The position numbers and the translations under genes are program-made. A stretch of 57,139 nucleotides of DNA, taken from the NCBI GenBank assembly GCA_030141605.1, contig JAQGDQ010001180.1:1-57139 (forward strand), given 5' to 3'. The stretch comes from Tubiluchus corallicola (lineage: Eukaryota; Animalia; Priapulida). The notes under the pieces are model-generated. The model saw nothing but the letters and a program-made list of their open reading frames with translations, was not told the origin of the DNA and made no database searches. The first letter of the stretch is position 1. Each line of letters starts with the position of its first letter. Of the stretch, positions 25,796 to 38,740 are shown piece after piece.

Positions 25796-25962
25796 ATTGC
25801 CGTGTATTCAACCAGAAAGATTTGATTGCAACCTAATATTAGTATAAAAGCTGTCGTTTTGCAACATTTACGTACTAACAATGATTTATAGGGACAAAAT
25901 TATTAGTCAGTTGTCAATAGGAGAATATTTGATCATTTGTCCGGCTCAGTATTTCAAGATAC

Positions 25963-26680
25963 TGAAGGCCGGCTCTACCACTAAGCAAACTTGCCTAGGT
26001 AACCCGAATTTTAGTAACCGAAAATTCTGAGAAAAGTAATTCTTTTTTCAAGCTTTCGCTGCTTCTTGCCCGCAGTTTCTGCTCCATGCATAGAGCTGTT
26101 GAACTAAGGAAATATTGTAGTAATGATTATTCCCTTGATAGAAAATTTCTTGAAATAGCATTTATCTAATAATGGCTTATAAACCTACACGAATCGAAGT
26201 CTTCGGGGGCTGAATGCAGGAAATGAAAGGTAAAAAATTGGCGGATGTTGAACAGCAAAAAGAAACTTTAATCAGGTATTTGCAATCAGAGCAGAGATTC
26301 GGTTGTCAAGGTGATGAAGCTGGTGAAATGGGTGGATACGTAAAAAAGAAGTTTAGGACTAGAAAAATTTCTGCTGAAAAAAGAAAATATTGCGTGTCAG
26401 AAAAGAGTGTCAGAAATTTGATTGCTCCTGAAAACCCAGAACATGCAGTGGGGTCATCAATTCAATTTCAAATTAAATCAACACTGGCTATAGATAGGTA
26501 ATTAATTGCACTTGGTTAGTACACTATAGAACATGTATAACCCTAACTACTGTAATATTATGCAAGAAAATTCATTTTTGGTTTGTGGCGGGAACCGTGG
26601 AGAAAGAGGTTGACCTTCAAGGAGGGGCGCTGAAAATACGTCTGCCTAGGGCGTCAAACTACCTCCTAGAGCCGCCCCTG
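25963..26680 (+). mobile_element. Internally deleted hAT-like DNA transposon
   Basis: Ends aaggccggctcta... and ...tagagccgcccctg (CAGGGGCGGCTCTA-type TIR). A disrupted N-terminal peptide MAYKPTR..KSSGAECRK*K resembles hAT transposase starts (SGAxxRKxK). Confidence 0.5.
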
Positions 26681-26834
26681 GACCGTCACCGTCACAATTT
26701 CCCAAATTTACCATCAAAGCAATTTCAGTTGATCTAGAAAGGACTGTACTGTGACTTTAAAAAATTCACGTCAGATGAGCCGCCGCGAGTGACATTATTT
26801 TAGCAAACAAATCTTAGTACTTAATAACAAGAAG

Positions 26835-27389
26835 TTGGCATCCTTCTGTCTCGGAAGTCAATGAAGTGTGTGCCAATAGAGTCAGTTATTGATCACATTG
26901 ATGGAGCTGCAGCGTCGACTGCGGCTGAGCAGTCCGAGCCTTGAACTACTGAAGTGGCCTCTCCAGGGCGCACACCTGGGCAAGGTGTATGGAGATCCTG
27001 AGTTGCCCAGACAACAGGAACCCCCTCTCTTCCTCCCTGGTGTAAGTCCAAAGGAAAGCTAAGCGATACGTTTGGCACCAGGTTGGCTGCAGGAGCTGCC
27101 GGAGTCAGTGAGCATGCTGGACTGGTCTGCCTTCGGGGCTCCAATCCTGATTTGGAAGGTTTACTCCTCTACACGTGACCGTTGGGTTACTTGACCTCCT
27201 CCGACCTCCAGCCGTTGGCTGCTTGTGCAGCTCCTCCGCCTAGTGTCGAGATACAGTGTGGGCATCCCGCAAGCCTATAGCACCTGTTAGTCCTAGGCGG
27301 TCACCCATCCATGTACTAACCAGGCTCTACGTTGCTTAACATCGGTGATCAGACGAGAAACGGTGTTTTCAACGTGATATGGCCGTAAT
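26835..27389 (-). mobile_element. Full-length 5S-headed SINE copy, inverted relative to the 25312 copy
   Basis: The 5S reverse complement is at about 27270-27389; 9-bp TSD taacaagaa at 26825-26833 and 27390-27398. Confidence 0.9.
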
Positions 27390-28065
27390 TAACAAGAAAT
27401 ATATAATCAAACTCTTAATAAATTTAATAATTCCACATTAAAAAGAGAAATTCGCGCATTTATATGTCCGTTGCTGTTAGATTTAACGGTTCAGCCATAA
27501 TTAAATAGATAAAATATTTTTTTTAAATCCGCTCTTGTGTTTCATTTTGCCCCTGTATCAAAGCGATGACAAAGCAAACCCATAAATATGTGCTAACAGA
27601 TTCTGACACGTTTTAAAATGACTGCCAGGTTGTTCAACATTTTGATATAAAAGTTTATTTGTACTTGAGATTAGCCGAAGTTGATGTGAAGTTCATTTTG
27701 CTAGCCTATTAACCTCGGTGTTAATGAAATCATCAAATTCTTGTTATCAAACACACGCAGGCATTATTACTGCAGTACAGACAATATTATTGGTAATATA
27801 GATCTCTTTATTTTGTCACTTAATACATACAAAATACGTAATTACTATATTTTTAGGATATGAAACAATTTAAATAAAAAACACACGTTTCAAGTTAGAT
27901 ATAAAGTTGGCCTGCATAAGAATGTATAACAAACAGCGGGTTTTTGGAAGTGTGATCGCGTATTCAACTGAACTTTTTATCCAACAGCTTCTGTACCATT
28001 CATAAACCTATATTGTCTTGATAAAAATGGTGGCCGTATTAGATGATTTTCCATTGTTGTATAAC

Positions 28066-28067
<2 letters not shown>

Positions 28068-28145
<78 letters not shown>
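28068..28145. repeat. (AAT)n microsatellite
   Basis: Seen directly. Confidence 0.95.
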
Positions 28146-28148
<3 letters not shown>

Positions 28149-28656
28149 CAGGCAATGAGCGTCTGTAAAAACAATAAACTCTTACGATTGGGTTTGTTAA
28201 GAAAATTTGAAACAAATGAAAAAAAGATTTTTTCCAAAACGTGATTTTTGCGCTTTGAAAAAATGGCTCTCACATTGAGTGGCCGTCATTCCGGGATATC
28301 TACCCAACTTTTCTCTAATGTGCAAGAATGTCACGAACGTTTCTCATAGTTTCGTTAGTCAACACAAAGTTTCCTCTACGAAAGTCAGACCGTGGACTGA
28401 AATTCTAAACATGAACCTCGGTCAGGTCGTAAGCAAGAACAAATTCTTAGCGCAAACGACGATTTTCCACGCCAACCACGTGGTGGAGTTTCTTTTTCCA
28501 CAGTAATGTGGAAGAATTACATCATTATTATCTTAGTTTCTTACTTACGTTACTTATCTAAGTAGCTAGATAGTTACAACAGATTAATATATAACTTTAA
28601 TCTATTTCTAGGAGTAAAAGAAGAAAAGTTTTCAAATAAACCAGCCAAAAACGAAG

Positions 28657-28698
28657 ATGCGATTACATTGTCTCACTGGATTGTTACTGCAAACAATG
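28657..28698 (+). CDS. Gly-rich ZP-domain protein, coding exon 1 (start of signal peptide)
   Basis: aagATG CGA TTA...ATG|gtacgg encodes MRLHCLTGLLLQTM and joins in phase 0 to VVLVAG|QG, completing a signal peptide. An acceptor at 28611 suggests an upstream non-coding exon. Confidence 0.75.
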
Positions 28699-28963
28699 GT
28701 ACGGCCATCTTAACCTTAAAACAAAATCGTATTTTATATTCTATCAAACAATTTGTCTTTTTTCTCATCCCATTCTTAACGCATGCTTGTTTTTTATCAA
28801 CTTATTTCCGATGAAATGAACAGACGAATGGTTCAATGTAAAACCGCCACTATAAAGCTTTTAATGTTTTGCAACTCACAAGTTGCTGCTCCTGCTGCTG
28901 CTGGTGGTAGTGCTGGTGTTGGTAGTGGTGTTGATGGTGGTGGGGGTGTTGTTGTTGTTGTTA

Positions 28964-28994
<31 letters not shown>

Positions 28995-29112
28995 TGCTGC
29001 TGTTGATCCTACTGCTGTTACTATTGTTTTGTTTATATGCCAAATGTTTTTGCTGTCTATGCATTAGCTGCAGTTATACGTATTTTAATTGTAAGGCCGT
29101 GCTGTTTAAATA

Positions 29113-29500
29113 AGCCTTTTCACAGTTTCGTTGTGCGCACGCGCAGTTGCTGTAGGTTAAAGGTTAAGTGTACCACCGCAACGCGACTTACCAGCAATCG
29201 TCACGTGACATGTGTGTAAAGCTACGTCGTCTGCCACGTCAGTCCAGAAACTCAAGTTGTTTTACGTGGATTTTACTTAATTATTCATTAGCCTGTGCAT
29301 AGAGTGATTTACTAGCAGGATCTTGCTTGAGAATAAGAAAAAATGGACTAGGTAAGGTTCTAGCTACCTGTTAAAACTGTTACTATTACAATAGCATAGG
29401 CTGCGAGGCGTTCTCAAGCGTACACAAACACGTTGTCTGGTACACTTAACCTTTGACCTTTTCACGATCTTCGTCAACCGTTGGAACTGTGAAAATGCCT
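29113..29500 (+). mobile_element. MITE with TIR AGCCTTTTCACAGTT (ZP intron 1)
   Basis: Imperfect 15-bp TIR; homologous to 37969-38355 and 47454-47787. Confidence 0.8.
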
Positions 29501-29626
29501 ATTCAAGTTTAATTCAAGTTTTTGTTCGCATCTCACTTTAATATTTGCAAGAAGTAAATGTCAGAACAAAAATATTTCATCATAAATTTAATCATTTTAT
29601 CATAAGTGACTTTAAATCGTTGACAG

Positions 29627-31142
29627 GTGGTTTTGGTAGCTGGTCAGGGCTACTACTACAATGGCCGCAATGACATCCACAGCGGAGGGTATGGTGGACA
29701 TGGTGGACATGGTGGTGGACATGGAGGGCACGGGGGACAAGGGTATGGATACAGACCCGCTTATTACTATGGATACTTGCACAAGCACACAACAACCACA
29801 CACGCTCCATACGTTTACTTCAGGAGACACACGATACCATATGAAGATTTGTACGAATCCACTTACACAGATCATTACGTATTCCATACACCAAGTCCTT
29901 GCTATGGATACGGATGCAAGAAAGGTCACGGAGGTCAAGGAGGAGGTGGCTATGGCGGGGGTGGTCATGGTGGGGGTGGTCATAGTGGGGGTGGTCATGG
30001 CGGGGGTGGTCATGGCGGTGGTGGCTATGGTGGTGCAGATGTGGGTGGTCATCATGGCGGCAGCTCTGGCTATGGAGTTGATAACTTTGGAAGTGGATAT
30101 GGCTCCACGGGAGGTGCAGGTGGATATGGAACAGACATTATCACTTCACATGGCACTTCAAGCATTGGTGGTGGCCATGGTGCAGGTATTGGGGCTCATG
30201 GATTAGGAGGTTCTGCTGTTTCTGGGCATGGTGGTGGAGGTGCCTCCAGGGGATATGAATATAATTATGGTTCTGGTTATCATGACGAGGGTGGTTATGG
30301 AGGCGGAGGTACCGGTTCTGGATATGGAGGCTCAAGCCAAGGACAGGGAGCAGGTTATGGCGTTTCAGGAAATTATGGTGGGACTGGAGTTGGATCATAT
30401 GGAGCATCCAATGATGGATATGGTGGGACGAGTGGATCTCATGGAGGCGGCGGAGGGTATTCAACAGGTGGTCGTGCAGGAGGTTACGGCACTGGTGTTG
30501 GATCTGGGGGATATGGTGGAACTAGCAGTGGATATGGTGGAGCTAGCAGTGGGTATGATGGAGCTAGTAGTGGATATGGTGGAACTAGTAGTGGGTATGG
30601 TGGTTCAGGAAGTGGATACGATGGAGGTGGTTCAAGTGGTTATGGTAAATCAGGATCTGGATCTGGAACTTCAGGAGGTGGATATGGCACCTCAGGAGGA
30701 GGAGCCGAGTATGGCACATCGAGCAGTGGTCATGGAGGAACAGCAGGAGGATATGGTGGATCAGATGGGGGATATGGAGCGTCAGCAGGTGGTTACAGTG
30801 GCTCAGGTGGATCATTGGGCGGTTATGGTGCATCTGGAGGTGGATATGGCAGATCTGCAGGTGGATATGGTGGGTCTGCAGGTGGACATGGTGGGTCAAG
30901 AGGCGGGTATGGTGGATCTGCAGGTGGATATGGTGGATCAGTAGGTGGACATGGCGGATCAGGAGGCGGGTATGGTGGATCTGCAGGTGGATATGGTGGA
31001 TCAGTAGGTGGACATGGCGGATCAGGAGGTGATTATGGCAATGAAGCAGGAACTTTCTACGGCTCAGGTACTGGTCCTGTTACAGGTGGAGGGGGAAGCT
31101 ACTCTCAGAGTGCCAGCAATACCCGCAGCATGGTCGTGAAGG
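29627..31142 (+). CDS. Gly-rich ZP-domain protein, exon 2 (Gly/Tyr/His-rich region)
   Basis: ttgacag|GTG opens a 1516-nt exon with GGH and GGYGGS repeats and varied synonymous codons; donor G|gtgagt. Confidence 0.92.
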
Positions 31143-31462
31143 GTGAGTAATCGTGCAGGGTATAACTGCTAGAACTTCTTCAAACTTATTTATTGCAACA
31201 ATTAGATTTTTTCTCATTCATCCCTTTCTGTTCTCTCGTGTTTTGCAAAACAGGCATCAAATGTAAAGACAGGTGCAGTTTCATTCAAAACATTTGCTAC
31301 GTTTCATAAAAACTTTAAGAACTAACAAACCTTTTTATGGGTAAAGATTTATTTATTTTTATTTATTTGTTTTTTATTTAAGAATATTTACAAAAAAACA
31401 CTTATGTTGGCCATATAATGCGATATAAAATAATTTACAGTATATTTACAATCACCATTATG

Positions 31463-31709
31463 CAGGGCCTATTTCAGCCTAAGCAAGGCCCGGGGAAGTG
31501 GGGCGTGTGAGGCGGGGGCGAAGCACCAGAGAACTGCTAGAACGCCGGAGAAGCATTTTCGAAGAGAAAATATGGAGTTATACAGTTGTTAAAGGAAAGA
31601 ACAATTGAATGTTTGCACAAAGCAAAAAAATGTTACCTCGGCGCGAGGCCCCCCTGGAAGCTGATGCCCCGGGGAAGTATCCCCACCTACCCCCCTGAAA
31701 TAGGCCCTG
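31463..31709. mobile_element. hAT-type MITE
   Basis: Perfect 15-bp TIR cagggcctatttcag/ctgaaataggccctg; degenerate 8-bp flanks ccattatg and aagttatg. Confidence 0.75.
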
Positions 31710-31906
31710 AAGTTATGAAACAAATACATGTCCAGTAAATAATTAAACGAGAACAAATTTAAAACGGAGAGAGACTATGGTAAAGAAAAAATGGCTTACG
31801 TAAGACGATTAAAATAGCAGCATCTTAACAAGTTGCAGCTTGTTAGTCTACTGTAGAAAATGACAATGTTTGACGCATTAACCACGTCATAATGAAGATT
31901 GGAACT

Positions 31907-32218
31907 ATAGGTTTTACACGTCAAATGTAGACACAGGTATGTAAAGTTTACAGAATATTAGTGAACTATTAGTAGACCTAAAAAGTTTTTATTTTCACAG
32001 CAATTATTAAATTGAAATTAAAGGAGATTAAATTTAACATCCTTAAACTTTACCACCTATTCACATTTGAGATACCAATATCACATTTGACTTGACATGT
32101 GTCTACATTTGACTTACCAAAAATGCTTAAGATTTTTAAAAACCATTGTTGACACATTTGAACTGCTTAAGTCTACATTTGAGTTAACGCACGTCTAAAT
32201 TTGACGTGTAAAACCTAT
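31907..32218. mobile_element. MITE with ~25-bp TIR ATAGGTTTTACACGTCAAATGTAGAC, copy 1
   Basis: TIR at both ends with internal acatttga subrepeats; second copy at 55803. Confidence 0.8.
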
Positions 32219-32362
32219 TCTCTTTTTAGGAATGAATATTTGTCTACAACTAATCTAGAATAATGTATGAACAATTTGTGATTGTGACCACGTAAATTTC
32301 GCAATCTGATGTTTTCAAGTAAAAAGAAACTCAGCCATGATTTTGTTGCTTTTACATTTTAG

Positions 32363-32553
32363 AACTGAAAGTCACTTGTGACCAGGACAGCAACACCATG
32401 CAGGTTCAATTTGAATTCTACAAACCGTTCAAAGGGAGAATCTATCCCAGGGGATATTACGCCGTGGAACAATGCGTGGCTCACGGGACCGGAAGTACAA
32501 ATCTATACGTGGGAATACCACTTGACGGATGTGGCACCGTTGAATTGGATGAT
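32363..32553 (+). CDS. ZP protein exon 3 (ZP-N)
   Basis: Encodes ELKVTCDQDSNTMQVQFEFYKPFKGRIYPRGY...C...IPLDGCGT, the cuticlin-type ZP-N motif (C...M.V...F..PF.G.IY.xG...C...CG). Confidence 0.92.
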
Positions 32554-33831
32554 GTGAGAATGGAAATTTTTCTTCTATTACATCTACGTCATCTTTTGTA
32601 AAGATGACATAATATATCTTTTAAACCAAAGTTCATTTTGCTCATATTATGTCGTACTGCTCCTTCAAGATAATCTTAACTACCGTGGGTATAATTCTGT
32701 ATAATCATTGAGGTTTCTTCAGGTTTTCAAATTAGACTGCGTTCTAAGCACTAAAGTTTCTAAAAAAACACCAGGACAACCCAACCGAAAATTTAAATAA
32801 TTTTATTTACACAGTAACCTCAGTAAAAGCAGATTTTGCAATATACGAAGTTCCCACTCTGGAAAAATCTTAATTTCTACGGTTTTAGAAGCAAACTAAC
32901 AATTTTGCCATATTTACCTTTACCTTCTGGTCACACGGTACTTTACAATTCCTGCTTAGGGTCTTTAAAGTTTTGCGCTTTGGATTTTGCAGTTCTTTGT
33001 CTAATTTACTGAAATGCAATTTCCTTTAGACCTACAACATTTGTGTGAGCAGCAAAATTGCTTTAATGAAGTGTAATAATATCGTTTATCAATCTGTGAT
33101 ATATGGTAGCATTTAAGCAATCAATTTTGGCACACATCTGCAGCAGGAGTGTGATATATTTGCTTGGTCATTATTGTTTATTGACGTAATAACCATATCC
33201 TCTTTCTGTTCGTATAAATCTGGGGCGCCCTTTCGCTCTCTTTTAATTTCCGTGTCAAGAGGTCGGTTGGCTGCTCTGTTATTGACAATGCAAACTTTCA
33301 TCATCTGCATGTAGACGGGATTAGGATTGTACTAATCCAGTATGTATAAGCTTACGAAGCATGCATAACTGTATATTTTAGCGCAGGTTAAATCGCGGCA
33401 TGTGTCTGGCGCTGCTGTTTTGTCTACTATAGAGCTTTCAATATTACATTACAAACGATTTTGCAACTAAAACTGTGATTAGCTATTACTTTGCAACTTT
33501 GAAACGTCATTGCAATGCCAAAAAATGTTTTCACTCACACCAGGTAGTCGTACAAGCTCAAGAAAAACCGTTCTTGTCCTCTTAAACTTGGGACCTTTTA
33601 GTATCGTTTCTTGAAATGAAAAAAAACATAGGCAACCTTTCAGTTTTCAGTTGTCGAAAGTTTTGTCCTTTATACAAAAAGCTTTTATATAAAATAAACA
33701 AAGATGCAAAAACAAACTCTCGAATTTAACAAGTACGTTCTTTATGAACAGTAACCGCTCCGCTCAATGTACTATAGGCTTACTCGCTTCAAATATTACA
33801 TTATAGAAAATATTTCAAAAACTATCGTTAA

Positions 33832-34289
33832 CCCTTTCATACCCGTTGTATACCCTGGGATACGAGAATATTTTCTGCCTTTAAAATTAATGAAATTTTA
33901 AAACTGACAATTATTTGATCTGTTAATAATTATTTTGATTTAAGCCAGTAACAACAGATTAAAAATGGTGATAAAATGGCAAACTAGAAAATCTACATAG
34001 CATAAAAAACTGCGCAAGGTACAGTACTTTAGAGATGACTTTGTACAGATCAGCATAGCATGCATACTAAATGTCTTAAATACTTTAAATAATTATCAGC
34101 AGTTGCAAAATGAAGCACATTTTATGCTTCCATTGAATCCCAATGTATCCCGTGGGATACAGGCTATATTTAGCACGCGGGCACAGGTAGAAAAAAATAA
34201 TTATTATGTGTAAACAAGATGGACATACTGAACAAAAGTACCAAGCCAAAAAAAATTTCTTATTAAAAAATAATGTGGGACTGAAAGGG
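33832..34289 (+). mobile_element. piggyBac-type MITE, copy 1
   Basis: TTAA|CCCTTTCA...TGAAAGGG|TTAA; about 460 bp. Confidence 0.88.
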
Positions 34290-34735
34290 TTAATTTACCA
34301 GTTTGTCTCATCGGCGTGGTGTGAGAAATATATTTAATATCATGAGACACCATAGGAATTCCCAATGTTTTATTAGTTAACTAGTTTTACATAATAGCAA
34401 GTAGACTTTTGTCAGTTTTGTGTTATCACATTTACAGAATTCAAAGCTAATTTCGATCTACATTGATACAAAAGTGTGCACACATGCCTTAGCTGAATTT
34501 CGAAGACAATTGTAATTCATCGTTTCAATTTGAGAACAGAAATTACTAGATGTGGTTGCTTAACTTTGTACGTATTTGATTGGAGGAAACCTGTGTGAAA
34601 CTCCTGAGATATTTTGTGAAAATGTAAATCAGTTTTTCGGTAAATAATGACCAACGTTCAAAGAGTAAAGTGTTACTGAAGCATTTTCGTTTACCTTCAA
34701 TGATATTCTTACCAATCTATCGTTTATTTTTTCAG

Positions 34736-34914
34736 AATGGTTATAGGGGGCGTGATTATCTCTCCAGTGCCGCAAACACTTTTCAAAATACGATCATTGT
34801 GATGGTAGAGAATAGGTACAATGTGATAGAAGAGTGGGACAAGGCTTACATCACAAGTTGTCAATTCCGGGGAGGGGAGAAGCATCCAACACTTGATTAC
34901 GGCGTCAGAGTTCC
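34736..34914 (+). CDS. ZP protein exon 4 (end of ZP-N)
   Basis: ttttcag|AAT; encodes FQNTIIVMVENRYNVIEEWDKAYITSCQF; donor |gtaagt. Confidence 0.92.
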
Positions 34915-35181
34915 GTAAGTTTCACTTAAATTCACGAGTTTTACAAACAGATTAAATTGTAGACAAGTGTAAGATTGATAGAGTTTAAATATTTGTAGCT
35001 GCGTAGGTATTAATATGAAGTATAATAATTTTTATATTTTAAGGGTCTTTGATTAAAGCTAGATACCTTTAATTAAGATTAACTTTTGAAACATAACGTG
35101 TCTTTGTCCGGACCGGAAATTGCTGCAAGCCAAATCTTTACACTTTAAAGTCTTGTTTAAAACAGCTATAATTATCTTTAA

Positions 35182-35803
35182 AGGAAGACCGGATGATTAA
35201 TCATATACTACGTCATTTTCAAGTCCGATAAATAGTATACATTTTAACACCAATAATACAGCAAAAGTGCTTTTGATAATTAGATAATGGATTAAAAACT
35301 TAATTAACGGTGGACGAGCCTAACTATTGATGACATCACAAACTAACATAATTTTCAACGGCAAAAATATTTCATGGGCCTGTTGCACGTGTTTGCGAAA
35401 GAAAAAATTGAAGTACAGTGCTACTGTAAGATATTCAGCGTGCTGTACTAAAGCTTAGAAAGTTTTAAGGTGAAAATTCAGATTTCAAATTTACCGCTGT
35501 GCTCACGCATGAGCTGTCGAACGTGTGTAGTTCGTCAGAAACTAATACATCTGAACTGAGAGGTACAGCACCTGTTTTTTTGTACAACGCGCTTTTGAAA
35601 TGCAGTCGCTAGTGCCCGTCTAACTAGAGAATGGCGAAATGCATGTAACAGTGAATAACTAGTGGCGCGAACGTAAAATTGCGTTTGTGTGGTAATAATT
35701 CTTTCACCTAAGTCATTTTTGAAAACATTTTAAACATTTCCTTTCAACATTTTAAAGAGTAGATTGTTTTGACCTACAGTTTAACATTGGATCTGGTTTT
35801 GTT
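35182..35803 (+). mobile_element. Kolobok-like non-autonomous DNA transposon, copy 2
   Basis: TTAA|AGGAAGACC start and TTAA end; collinear with 20656-21325. Confidence 0.65.
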
Positions 35804-36671
35804 TTAAAGAGTCTATATTCATAGTATTTTAAATTGTGTTATTATGAGATAGCTAAGTAGTTTAAAATTAGAATAGTTCTTGTCTGTAAGTTCCAGGTGA
35901 AGTGGTCTATGGAATAATAGATGTAGCCTCGCCAATCCAAATCTAGTGATTTAGATTTAGATTAGATTTAGATTAATTTCTCACAACTACCCATGACACA
36001 AAACAATAATTACAAAAAGACATGCCAAAAAAAACTAATTGCTTACAATAAAATATTTCAATGTTTGCTGAAAGAAAATCTTGTAAGCACGACATTGATA
36101 GTAAGAAAGGGTTAAGCAAGACAAGGCAGGGTATAAAATTAGGGTGTGTATAGAAAAGAATGCGATTAGAGGGGTAGGTTAGTCAAAGGAGGTTATGTAA
36201 CGTAATATGTACATGATATACAAGAAACCTATTGAGGTTAGGTACATTGTATTATTTATACATTATATGTATATTATATCTTATAAACTACTTATCAAAA
36301 TATATGTGCATATAAAAGATATATGACAATATCAAGCAGCGTCGAGCATATGACTATTGAAAAGCAATACATACGTTAGATAGCATATACATGCTTTATA
36401 CTGTAAATATGTTATACATTATACAGAACTGAACAAAATATACATGAACGACACATAGCACTGTAGAGCAATACCATTGGAAAAGACAAAGGACCAATGA
36501 CAATGATTATAACAGTAACAAAGGACCAATGACAATGATTGTAACAGTAACAACAAATTTAAAAATCATCTTCCGCCGCACGCAGAAAGTCTTGTGGTTG
36601 CTGTCTTTACCTGTTGCCGTAGCCGTTGTCGCAGCCGTGTTTGAAGGTGAATGCGGGCTACTACTTCTTTC

Positions 36672-36775
36672 ATGATTTTAATGATCTAATGATTTTAATG
36701 ATCTATTGATTTTAATGATCTAATGATTTTAATGATCTATTGATTTTAATGATCTGATGGTTTTAAAGATCTAAT
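36672..36775. repeat. 17-bp tandem repeat (atgattttaatgatcta), about 6 copies, just upstream of the exon 5 acceptor
   Basis: Seen directly. Confidence 0.85.
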
Positions 36776-36792
36776 CATACTTTTCATTTCAG

Positions 36793-36944
36793 TGACTTAC
36801 CTACAGAATACCATGGAGATCCAGAGAAACCTGTACCGCGGGCCGTTCTTCGAGTGGTCAAGGGCCACGATCCATTTTCTCCAGGAACTGATGGACTTGT
36901 GGTTGGAGAATATGCTACACTCATTGTTTCTCATATCAGAGATG
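36793..36944 (+). CDS. ZP protein exon 5 (linker and start of ZP-C)
   Basis: tttcag|T GAC TTA; encodes PVPRAVLRVVKGHDPFSPGTDGLVVGEYATLIV; donor |gtgaga; phases fit. Confidence 0.88.
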
Positions 36945-37208
36945 GTGAGATAATACTGTGATTGGATTTTGTTTGTTTTACTTGTCGAATTAAGATAGAA
37001 ACGACAAGATGCTGTTGTTTTCTGCGTAGCATCTTCTTTCAATTATTATCAGAATTTTAAATGCATTTAGTTATTTTAAAAAAAAATTGCATTAAAGACA
37101 TTGAAAACAGTCGAAATATGATATTTCGCCTTTTAGTCGGGAGATATGATAATAATATTGTTGCTTGGCTATGGTATAGGACAGTCTCTGTCCTCCCAAG
37201 ACAATTAA

Positions 37209-37659
37209 CCCTTTCATACCCGTTGTATCCCGTGGGATACGAGAATATTTTCTGCCTTTAAAGTTAATAAAATTTTGAAACTGACAGTTATTTGATCTGT
37301 TATTAGTTGTTCTGATTTAAGCCAATAACAACAGACTAAAAATGGTGATAAACTAGAAAATCTACACGGCATAAAAAACTGCGCAAGGTACAGTACTTTA
37401 GAGACGACTTTGTACAGATCAGCATAGTATGCATACTAAATGTCTTAAATACTTTAAAAACTTATCAGCAGTTGCAAAATGAAGCACATTTTATGCTTCC
37501 ATTGAATCCCAATGTATCCCGTGGTATTCAGGCTATATTTAGCATGCGGGCACAGGGAGAAAAAAATAATTATTATGTGTAAACAAGATGGACATACTGT
37601 ACGAAAGTACAAAGCCAAAAAAATTTTTCTTATTAAAAAATAATTTGGGACTGAAAGGG
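37209..37659 (+). mobile_element. piggyBac-type MITE, copy 2
   Basis: Same termini, TTAA TSD and internal sequence as the 33832 copy. Confidence 0.88.
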
Positions 37660-37821
37660 TTAAACTGCTTCCGACATTCTCGAATCGGGCTCATCTAAAC
37701 TTTTATGACTTCATGTCTGTACCACGTAACGAACCACGTTATAAAATTAAAGGAGCGCGTCTTTATTCCTTGAATTTACAACATCAAACAAATACTCAAG
37801 CGAGTTTTGCTGTTTGTTTAG

Positions 37822-37903
37822 GTCACTGGGATATGATAGTGACAAACTGCTACGCCCATGACGGAGTCGGTTACAGCAAAATTAAACTGGTAGATGAACA
37901 CGG
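37822..37903 (+). CDS. ZP protein exon 6
   Basis: Encodes HWDMIVTNCYAHDGVGYSKIKLVDEHG, the ZP-C V.xC.AxDG...L.DxxGC motif. Confidence 0.92.
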
Positions 37904-37968
37904 GTAAGTTAATAATAAAATCGTTTTATAATTCCTTTGCTGTTTGCTGAGAAAGAACATAAACAATG

Positions 37969-38355
37969 AGCCTTTTCACAGTTTCGTTGTGCGCACGCGC
38001 AATTGCTGTAGGTCAAAGGTTAAGTGTACCACAGCAGCGCATCTTAACCAGAACCTTCACGTGATGAGTGGATAAAGCAAAGCCGTCTGTCATCAGTACA
38101 GTAACTTCAGTTGTTTTACACGGACTGTACTTAATTATGCATTAGCCTGTGCATAGAATGATTTACTAGCAGGATCTTGCTTGGGAACAAGAAAAGAATG
38201 ATCCATGTAAGATTCTAGCTATCTATTAAAACTGTTAATATTACAGCAACATGGTCTGCGTGTCGTTGTCAAGTGTACTCAAATGTGTTGTCTGGTACAC
38301 ATAACCTTTGGCCTTTTCACGATCGTCATCAATCGCTGGAACTGTGAAAGGACTT
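37969..38355 (+). mobile_element. AGCCTTTTCACAGTT-TIR MITE (ZP intron 6)
   Basis: Collinear with 29113-29500. Confidence 0.8.
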
Positions 38356-38740
38356 ATTGTTTTCAATGTAAGAATGTCAGCATAAGAATTGTGTCACTTG
38401 TGAAAAGTTCTGAGCTGGCGTTTTCGGTATTAATGACTAAATTCTGAACTAGCTTTTCAGTATTAAGCACGTTAACTTTAGTTAGTGTTTCTAGATGAAG
38501 ATACGCTGAGTCTAATGTAGGGCTTTCTGAGATCTTTAGGTACCAAATCAACCCTTAGAATTAGTTTATTCACCATAATGATTTCACATAACGTAAGTAG
38601 GCAACGATAACTATATAATTAACGAAATTGAATTTTAACTACAAAACAAAAAATCATATACAGAGGGAAAATTTCTTTACCCAATCAACAAAAATATCGC
38701 GTTTTCATGTAGGGACACAATAGTTCTTCACTCATGCGTC

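Noticed and set aside
29612-30944. Overlapping ORFs in other frames and on the opposite strand of the Gly-rich exon
   Set aside because: Shadow frames of GGN-rich repetitive coding sequence; only the Gly-rich frame splices in phase to the signal peptide and ZP exons.
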